Origin: Candidatus Hadarchaeota archaeon
GTDB lineage: Archaea; CAYQAE01; CAYVLA01
DNA: 37,140 bases
Direction of reading: 5' to 3'
Assembly (NCBI GenBank): GCA_964452145.1
Contig: CAYVLA010000021.1
Span: 1-37,140, forward strand
Numbering within the stretch: position 1 is the first letter of the stretch; each line of letters begins with the position of its first letter. The notes under the pieces are model-generated. The model was given only the letters and a program-made list of their open reading frames with translations. It made no database searches and had not been told where the DNA came from. The position numbers and the translations under genes were made by a program. Positions 1 through 6,779 of the stretch are shown here, piece after piece.

Positions 1-1
1 C

Positions 2-988
2 CCCTACGGGATCACCACAGACGATCTGCTCAACCTGGCGCGAACGTCGGAGAATCGGAACGTGTCAGGCATGCTGGCACAGAGCCTGTGCCGTGTCGCA
101 CCCTCGAAGATGGGCGAGATCCGGCTCGGCATGGCGTTTCACGAACTCCTGAAGCGCTACGCCGAGTTCCGAACGGATGAAGTCAACAGCGTCCTGGCGG
201 AGGCGAAGAACATCGGGGAGAGGATACGTTATTTCGGCAAGGTGCTATCACGCCACAGGGCCAAGTGGGAAGCCGCGCTGCGGGAGGAGGAGAAGAAGGC
301 CGAACGCGTGTTGAAGAAGCGTCCCGCGCAGCTTAGGTTCGACGAGGCGGAGTGGATAGTCGAATCCTTCAGACATGTCAAGTTCCTCGCCCCACCCACC
401 GCAGGCCTGTCCCCCATCGGAAAGGAGAACATAATGAAGGGCATGAACGAGATCCTCATGCCCGAGTTCGTCTATGCCTCGACGCGGAACCCGGCGACAT
501 ACAGAGGGGGCATCCCGTTCATAGTCGAGGTCGGCATAGCCTACGGAGGCTACTGTCCCCCCGGGATAGATGTGATACGCTTTGCAAACCGGGCGCCGCT
601 GATGTTCGATTCGGGCGGATGCGTCATAACGGAGGCCACCAAGAGCATTGACTGGAAGCGATACGGGGTGCGCGAAGCGGAGACCGCTCCCCTGACCATC
701 TTCGTGAACATCGTCTCCACCTTCGTGCCGTACACCTCGACTGGCAAGCAGACGATAGCGTCGGAGGAGGAGATAATGGCCGAGATCAGGATGGGACTGA
801 TGGATGTCGCCAGGAACCTTAAGAGGCATCTGACCCACAAGAGAAGGATCTTCGAGAAGGCGTCCCGTCGCAGCTCCCTTCTGAAGTACGTGGATGAAAC
901 AGCCGCTGCCGCTGCCAAGCTTGCCGACAGGAAGCCGTCGGAAATCAAGCAAAAACTCGAGCTTCTGGTGGACAAGAAGTTCGTCTAG
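2..988 (+). CDS. top6B: DNA topoisomerase VI subunit B, 3' part (5'-truncated by the window edge)
   Basis: Frame is open from position 2 (PYGITTDDLL...). Transducer-domain motifs PPTAGLSPIG, YRGGIPFIVEVGIAYGG, RFANRAPLMFDSGGCVIT, IDWKRYG and VPYTSTGKQ are present. Confidence 0.93.
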   Translation, partial: PYGITTDDLLNLARTSENRNVSGMLAQSLCRVAPSKMGEIRLGMAFHELLKRYAEFRTDEVNSVLAEAKNIGERIRYFGKVLSRHRAKWEAALREEEKKAERVLKKRPAQLRFDEAEWIVESFRHVKFLAPPTAGLSPIGKENIMKGMNEILMPEFVYASTRNPATYRGGIPFIVEVGIAYGGYCPPGIDVIRFANRAPLMFDSGGCVITEATKSIDWKRYGVREAETAPLTIFVNIVSTFVPYTSTGKQTIASEEEIMAEIRMGLMDVARNLKRHLTHKRRIFEKASRRSSLLKYVDETAAAAAKLADRKPSEIKQKLELLVDKKFV

Positions 989-991
989 GAC

Positions 992-2860
992 CTATCCCCT
1001 GAAGGTCGGCCTCCTCGACAGCTCGCGGGGAAGACCCAAAGCCCTCTTCGGGTATGCCACAGTCTTGGACGAGATCTCCTTGCCGAGTTCCTCCTCGGCT
1101 AGCTCCTTCATCCCCCTTGGCTTTCGAAGCCGCACGGACAGCATGCCAGACTCTTTCTCCCTCTGGCCCACCACAACGATGTACGGCACCCACTCGCGTT
1201 CCGCGTCCCTGATCTTCTTCCCTATGGATTGGGATCTGTCGTCCACATCGACCCTCACCCCGGAGGACTCAAGCCGATCTGCAATCTGATTGGCCAGACC
1301 CAGGTAGTCCCCGCTGACGGGGCAGATTCTCACCTGCGTCGGGGAAAGCCAAAGCGGCAAACAAGGGGCCAAGGAGTTCTCCTGGTCCTTATGGGCCTTC
1401 TCAAGCAATGCGCACAGGTTGCGGTCTATGCTCCCGCTCACGCTCGCGTGCAGCATGAGGGGATACTTCCTCTGCCCATCCTTATCGAAATACGTAATAT
1501 CGAATCTCTCACAGTTCTCAGTGTCTATCTGAACCGTTGAGAGAGCGGAGGCCTTCTCCAGAGCGTCCACGTAGTTGAATTCGAACTTCATCACGAAGTA
1601 GAAGCTGCGCTCATCCCACATCTCCACCAGGACCGGCTTGCCGACGCGCCGGACAAGCTGGGTGGCAATATCCCGGTTCTGTTCGTAGAAGTCCTTCACG
1701 AACCGGACCCCAACCTCGTAGTCCAGCTCCACGGCATCCATCCACCGCATGCACAGATCGTACTGCCTGATGAACTCCTGGATGGCCCCATCCATGTCCG
1801 CAACCAGAGTGTGCATATCCGGCATCGTGAATGCCCTCAGCCTCTTCAGCCCCACTACTTCGCCGCTCTGCTCGTGTCTGAAGCTGAAATGGGTCAACTC
1901 GTAGAGCCGAAGGGGCAGGTTCCTGTAGCTGATGGACATGTCATGCTTCATGAGGTACTGCCCGAAGCATGCCGAGAACCTGAGGAAGAACTCTCGCTGA
2001 TCGCTGGTGAGCGTGTACTGCCTGGCGGGGAACCTCTGCAGGTACTCGGACAGACTCGGATGGGACATGTCGTACATTATCGGCGTCTCCACCTCCATGG
2101 CGCCTTGGGACCTCACCAGATCGGTGACGTGCATCTCCAGAAGCCTCTTGACAAGGGCCCCTTTGGGATACCACCGGAAGTTGCCGAGATCGCTGCCGGG
2201 CTCGTAGTCAACAAGCTCCAGCCTCTGCATGAGCTTCACATGGGGGGGTATCTGGTCGGCGGCGCGGGCCTTGTTCATCTCGTATCTGGCGAACTTCTCC
2301 AGGTTGGGGTGATGCGAGAAGTCGAACTTGCCAACCTCCTCAAGAACCCCGTCCGGGGTGAGGACGTACCACCGAGATGCGATCTTCTGCTCCCTCTGAA
2401 CCGCCTCGGGCACCGCCTCCCGGGCCGTTCGGGCGGCGCCCCCCGCCCGGATATCTCGGCTGAGCTCCGACAGAGGATGGCCCTTGCAGCTTATCTGGAA
2501 GGCCTTGTAGAAACCGAACGGAGCCCGCCGAACTTGGAGTGAGGCCGATAGACGGGACTCCAGATCCTTCAGGATCTCGACGGCCGCTCTAGGCGAAGCG
2601 AGCTTGGAGGAGAGGTGGGCGTAAGGGTACAGGAGCACTCTCTCGCACTTCACCTGCCGGGCAACGTCCACGATCTCGGCCGCGGCCTTCTCGGCGATCT
2701 CAGCCGGATCCTCTTCGTCATCAGACTCCACCGCGGTGAAGACCACCAGGACTTCCTGAACCTCATCGCCCGTGAAACCCTTCTCCAAGGGTTCCGCAAT
2801 TCTGGTCGGGCTCTTGATCTGGTATCTCATGGAATCCGCGTGGACGAGGAGCATCCTCAT
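992..2860 (-). CDS. thrS: Threonyl-tRNA synthetase, archaeal type with N-terminal editing domain
   Basis: N-terminal MRMLLVHAD...LYPYAHLSSKLA...APFGFYKAFQISCKGHPLSELSR editing domain; catalytic core LRFSACFGQ, FRHEQSGE, RLRAFTMPDMH, HASVSGSIDR; anticodon domain LPLWLSPTQVR. Confidence 0.97.
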   Translation of the reverse strand: MRMLLVHADSMRYQIKSPTRIAEPLEKGFTGDEVQEVLVVFTAVESDDEEDPAEIAEKAAAEIVDVARQVKCERVLLYPYAHLSSKLASPRAAVEILKDLESRLSASLQVRRAPFGFYKAFQISCKGHPLSELSRDIRAGGAARTAREAVPEAVQREQKIASRWYVLTPDGVLEEVGKFDFSHHPNLEKFARYEMNKARAADQIPPHVKLMQRLELVDYEPGSDLGNFRWYPKGALVKRLLEMHVTDLVRSQGAMEVETPIMYDMSHPSLSEYLQRFPARQYTLTSDQREFFLRFSACFGQYLMKHDMSISYRNLPLRLYELTHFSFRHEQSGEVVGLKRLRAFTMPDMHTLVADMDGAIQEFIRQYDLCMRWMDAVELDYEVGVRFVKDFYEQNRDIATQLVRRVGKPVLVEMWDERSFYFVMKFEFNYVDALEKASALSTVQIDTENCERFDITYFDKDGQRKYPLMLHASVSGSIDRNLCALLEKAHKDQENSLAPCLPLWLSPTQVRICPVSGDYLGLANQIADRLESSGVRVDVDDRSQSIGKKIRDAEREWVPYIVVVGQREKESGMLSVRLRKPRGMKELAEEELGKEISSKTVAYPKRALGLPRELSRRPTFRG

Positions 2861-2916
2861 GGCTCATTCCTCCTCCGCCAAGGCGGGAGAGCAACTCTAA
2901 TAAATGGCGTCAGACC

Positions 2917-5900
2917 CTATAGGAAGTCCGCCAGCGTCGTTTGCGGGGCTTCTCGTGGTTGCACTGAGTGGAAGTTGGTCCTAATCATGCCGATCTCAAG
3001 ATCGATCGAGCTGCCCCGAATCGATCTTGGCGCGTTCTCCGCCAGATCCATGAGCATGCCCACATCGACTTCAAGCGAACGCGGAACCACCTGGCCCGAA
3101 CATTCGCAGATTCCCGTCAGCGGAATCCTTCGGTATTCCTTCGCGCACCTGCCGCAGATGAACTGACGAGTCCCGATCTGCATGGCCGCCACTCTGGCAA
3201 GTTCGACTATCTCTTTAATGACCCTGGAGGATGAATCTTCATCCAGATCGGTTCCGCACTCGGGGCACTGAAATTCTGTGAGATCCATGACCGTGAATGA
3301 GCTGCTGCAGCTCGGGCAAACGATGTCGGCTAGGTCCCGACCCAACACAGGTCTCCGTTCTCGAACTCGCCTCCCCTTGCTCACCGCCTTCGGCTCCTTC
3401 TCATAACTCTCGACAAGGGTCTTTTGCGAGGAATCAGCGACCAGTTCATCTACGCCGAGCCCGAGGGCTTCGAATATTCGCCGAACCGGGGGAAGCAGCT
3501 GCCTATGGATGTAGTAGTCGTGGTCGATCCTCAGCCCCTTTCCCCTGATGTAGGTCGGGTCTTCGGCCCTCTCGACGAGAAGGCCCTTGCCCTGCACTAT
3601 GACAAATGGGACCCTATCCCCGATCTGCGGAGCCCCGGCGGGATCCCGCTTCTTGATCTTGTTGTAGAGCTCCAGGTGGGGCTGGCGCCCCTTGTACTCT
3701 TGCGGCCTCTTGCTTAGCGTCCTCGTCTGGACCAGCTTCTCCAGGGAAGTTCGATTAGCCCTCAAATCCTCGATGACGTTCTTCATGTACTCGGAGGCCG
3801 CGTTCACATCGCCCTTCTCCAGCAAGAGGCCGAGGATGGTTCTCATCGCTTCCGTGGCGAGGTTGCACCACTCCCTCCTGACCGTCTCCAAGCCCTTGAC
3901 CTTGATCGCCGGTTCCTTTCCCTCGGTATACAGGGCATACCTCTTCTTGGTGACGAAGATCGCCCGCTTCGCAAACGCCTCGTACTGCAGTTCCATGGGC
4001 GGGGGCAGGTAACCGGTCAGGATCTCGCCGAGCCTGGATCCCAGAGTGGCCGCCTCCTGGGCGCCTATGTCATGCGTGGCGTCGCCCTCAGGAACGAGCT
4101 TGACGAAGACGCTATCCGTATCACCGTAGACGACCTGAAGCGAGACCACGACGGACCGGGCCGGGCAGCCCTCGACCTCCTTTCCGAGGTAGACCCTGCC
4201 ATCTCCCAGGGCCGCCCTCCCGATCTTCTTCTCGATGATCTCCGTCGTCTTTGAGATGTTCTCCCTCCCTGTCCTCGTGACCGCGTTGGCGATCGTGAGC
4301 TGATACATCCTGGAACGGGTGTAGCCGAAGTATCCGTAGAAGCTGTTGAGAAGGATCTTCACGGCCCACTGGGTCATGTCGAGTATCCGGAATTCCTCTT
4401 CCTTGGCCTTCTTGGCCTTGTTCCTCAGCAGCAGCCTCTTCTCGAGGAGCCCTTCCAGGATCCTGGGGACGATGCCTTTGTACCTTTCCCGAGGCACGAA
4501 CTGGTCTCCCACCAGGGTCGAAAAGCAGATGTTGTTGGCTATCATGATTGTCGGATAGAGGGACTTGTAGTCCATCACGATCACGTTTTCCTGCAGGCCG
4601 GCCTTGGGTTCCAGCACGTGGCCTCCCTTCAGGCCCTCCTTCTCGCGGACCTCCTTCCTTCTGGCAGTCTCCTCGCTGTCCGGCTTGCAGGGCATGACCC
4701 GCTCATAGACGCGGAGCTCCCTTAGCAGCAGATTGTCGATCATCACCGACTGCCCACCCTCCATGAGGTCCTGCAGCGAGGTTCCGCTGAGCTGGGCGAG
4801 AGCCACATACCTGTCCAGAAGCCTCTTGGACAGCAGCAACTCGAGGGTCAGAACCGCGTCCCTTCTGGCGTACTCCACGAGTCTACTCAGCCCGTCCCCC
4901 CGGCTTCTCCACAGCGTGGGTATCTCGGTGTGGGAAACGTCTATCTTGTCCTTTCCCAGGATCTCCTTTGAGACCGCCCCAAGCCCGTAGCTCTTCAGCG
5001 GAAAGTCCTTCTTCACCAGAGAAAGGACGTCCACGACGACGCGCCCAGTAATGGTCACGCTCGTCTTGTTTCCGAAAGTCCTGCAGAAGCTGTTCTTGTC
5101 AGCCCTTCCCAGCCTCGGCTTTATACCCATGCCGGCCATCCTCTCTATGAGATAGGGCAGGTCGAACTCGTTGGAGTTGTAGCCCAGCACTACGTCTGGG
5201 TCGTACCGACGCAGGATCTCGACGAACCTCTTCAGCATCTCCTCCTCGCTGTCCAGGCACAGGGCGCCCTCAATGCGGGCGGGGCGCGAGACCAGGACCA
5301 TGTCGGTCCTGCCGTCGAAAGGTTCGCTGAAGGCCAACGCGATCATTATTATGGGATCGGTCTCGGGCCTGGGCAGGCCGTTGCCAGCCTCGACGAGGCA
5401 CTCGATGTCCACACACAGACAACGCATCTCGGGGTGCTCGTCGAGCTCGATGGGCTTGATGTGCTTCGAAAGGGTCTCAATCTTCTGCTCGGTGAAGACC
5501 GTATTGGTCTGGGTGGGACGGTAGCTGACCACCTGTATCCAACTGTTGCCGCTCAGGCCGCAGTCGATCATGAACCGGTTCTTGAAGAGAATATCGGCCT
5601 CGTAGACCGTGCCGAACCTCTTCACCTCCTCCCTCAGATCCCTCACCTGCTTCGGGTCCTTGGTTACGATTAGAAGCATCTTCTTCTTCGTTTCCTGATA
5701 GCCGAAGGGGAGGAATCGCTCCACGACGCTCACATCGACTATCTGGTGAAATCTCTGTTTGAGTTCTTCGGCGAGCGCGCCCAGGCCATCATCCGACTCC
5801 AGCTCGGACTCCAGGTAGAAGTATGGCTTGAACCCCCTTGCGAAACAGGTCACCGTCTTCCCCTCCCTGCCCTTGCAGAAGAGTCTGATGACCGGGTCAC

Positions 5901-5964
5901 CGTTGCTTTCGTAAGAATAGTCGGCTCCCAGTAAGTAGAGAGGAAGGGGATCGGGCATCAGCAA
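2917..5964 (-). CDS. polB: Family B DNA polymerase with a Cys-rich C-terminal extension (ATG at 5958 is an alternative start)
   Basis: Exonuclease motifs VDIE, YNSNEFD and YARRDA; polymerase motifs DYKSLYP, KILLNSFYGY, YGDTDS and KKRY; terminal PIP-like QTTLADFL. Confidence 0.96.
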   Translation of the reverse strand: MLMPDPLPLYLLGADYSYESNGDPVIRLFCKGREGKTVTCFARGFKPYFYLESELESDDGLGALAEELKQRFHQIVDVSVVERFLPFGYQETKKKMLLIVTKDPKQVRDLREEVKRFGTVYEADILFKNRFMIDCGLSGNSWIQVVSYRPTQTNTVFTEQKIETLSKHIKPIELDEHPEMRCLCVDIECLVEAGNGLPRPETDPIIMIALAFSEPFDGRTDMVLVSRPARIEGALCLDSEEEMLKRFVEILRRYDPDVVLGYNSNEFDLPYLIERMAGMGIKPRLGRADKNSFCRTFGNKTSVTITGRVVVDVLSLVKKDFPLKSYGLGAVSKEILGKDKIDVSHTEIPTLWRSRGDGLSRLVEYARRDAVLTLELLLSKRLLDRYVALAQLSGTSLQDLMEGGQSVMIDNLLLRELRVYERVMPCKPDSEETARRKEVREKEGLKGGHVLEPKAGLQENVIVMDYKSLYPTIMIANNICFSTLVGDQFVPRERYKGIVPRILEGLLEKRLLLRNKAKKAKEEEFRILDMTQWAVKILLNSFYGYFGYTRSRMYQLTIANAVTRTGRENISKTTEIIEKKIGRAALGDGRVYLGKEVEGCPARSVVVSLQVVYGDTDSVFVKLVPEGDATHDIGAQEAATLGSRLGEILTGYLPPPMELQYEAFAKRAIFVTKKRYALYTEGKEPAIKVKGLETVRREWCNLATEAMRTILGLLLEKGDVNAASEYMKNVIEDLRANRTSLEKLVQTRTLSKRPQEYKGRQPHLELYNKIKKRDPAGAPQIGDRVPFVIVQGKGLLVERAEDPTYIRGKGLRIDHDYYIHRQLLPPVRRIFEALGLGVDELVADSSQKTLVESYEKEPKAVSKGRRVRERRPVLGRDLADIVCPSCSSSFTVMDLTEFQCPECGTDLDEDSSSRVIKEIVELARVAAMQIGTRQFICGRCAKEYRRIPLTGICECSGQVVPRSLEVDVGMLMDLAENAPRSIRGSSIDLEIGMIRTNFHSVQPREAPQTTLADFL

Positions 5965-6038
5965 GCGGGCGCAGCGCAGGTCCTAATAAATCATCCCCCA
6001 CGCCACGCCATCGATGAGAGCGGAGAGATCGTCGGGAA

Positions 6039-6578
6039 CTAGCCAGGCTCCTCCCCCTCAGACTTCTCGCCCTCGGCCCCCTCGCCTTCGGGCTCCTCTG
6101 ATCCGCCTTCCGGGAGAGTCTCATCCCCCTCCGATTCCGCGCCCAGTTGACGCCTTCCGTGCCAGTAGAGAACGCCGCCAGCCGCGAGCACTACCGCGCC
6201 TACCGGAAGCATCCATCTGAGTATGTAGATGTCAACATCCCCCGTCGGCTCCTCCCCGTACTTCTGCAGGCTCTGGAACCAGAGTTGCATGACCAACCCG
6301 ACGAAGAGCATGGTCCCTCCAAGGATGACCAGTGCCTTCACGAAAGCGAACGAACCCTCCGTTGCCTCCGTGACCACCTCGATCTTGGGCAATCCCGCTA
6401 TGGCTAACTTGACATGCTCCTTTTCGACGACCCCAACACCGGCATTGGCTGCAGCCTTCTCGGAATCCTTCCTGATCCGCTCGATCGCGAGATCTATCTC
6501 GGCGGCCTTCCCTGGTAGCTTGGCGCGTCTCGATTCCAGGTACTCCTCAGCTTCCTTGCTCCATTCCATGATCAGCAC
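6039..6578 (-). CDS. Hypothetical membrane protein: small helical N-terminal domain (PCP_red-like), two TM helices, acidic tail
   Basis: WSKEAEEYL...IRKDSEKAAANAGVGVVEKEHVKLA pattern; hydrophobic segments ALVILGGTMLFVGLVMQLWF and WMLPVGAVVLAAGGVLYW; TATA-like element at 6621-6630 upstream. Confidence 0.7.
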   Translation of the reverse strand: MLIMEWSKEAEEYLESRRAKLPGKAAEIDLAIERIRKDSEKAAANAGVGVVEKEHVKLAIAGLPKIEVVTEATEGSFAFVKALVILGGTMLFVGLVMQLWFQSLQKYGEEPTGDVDIYILRWMLPVGAVVLAAGGVLYWHGRRQLGAESEGDETLPEGGSEEPEGEGAEGEKSEGEEPG

Positions 6579-6642
6579 CGGTCCATCCTTTGTCTAGCTA
6601 GGGCTTTCTCGGCAACGATCTAATATATATCTGTTGCGCGGC

Positions 6643-6670
6643 CACGGGCCATGGGGCATGGGCCATGGGA
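6643..6670. repeat. 7-nt tandem repeat CAYGGGN x4
   Basis: cacgggc catgggg catgggc catggga read directly from the sequence. Confidence 0.75.
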
Positions 6671-6779
6671 CGCAGCCCGGGCACCTCTTCCCGAACGGGC
6701 ATCACTCGATCTTATCGAGCCATCGCGCGAAGCTTTGAAACCCGGACACTCTGCAGATGGTTTCGGGAAGGGAACTCCG

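Noticed and set aside
4130..4240. Possible intein in PolB between motifs B and C
   Set aside because: The insert is only about 30 aa, with no C/S...HN splice motifs or endonuclease signature.
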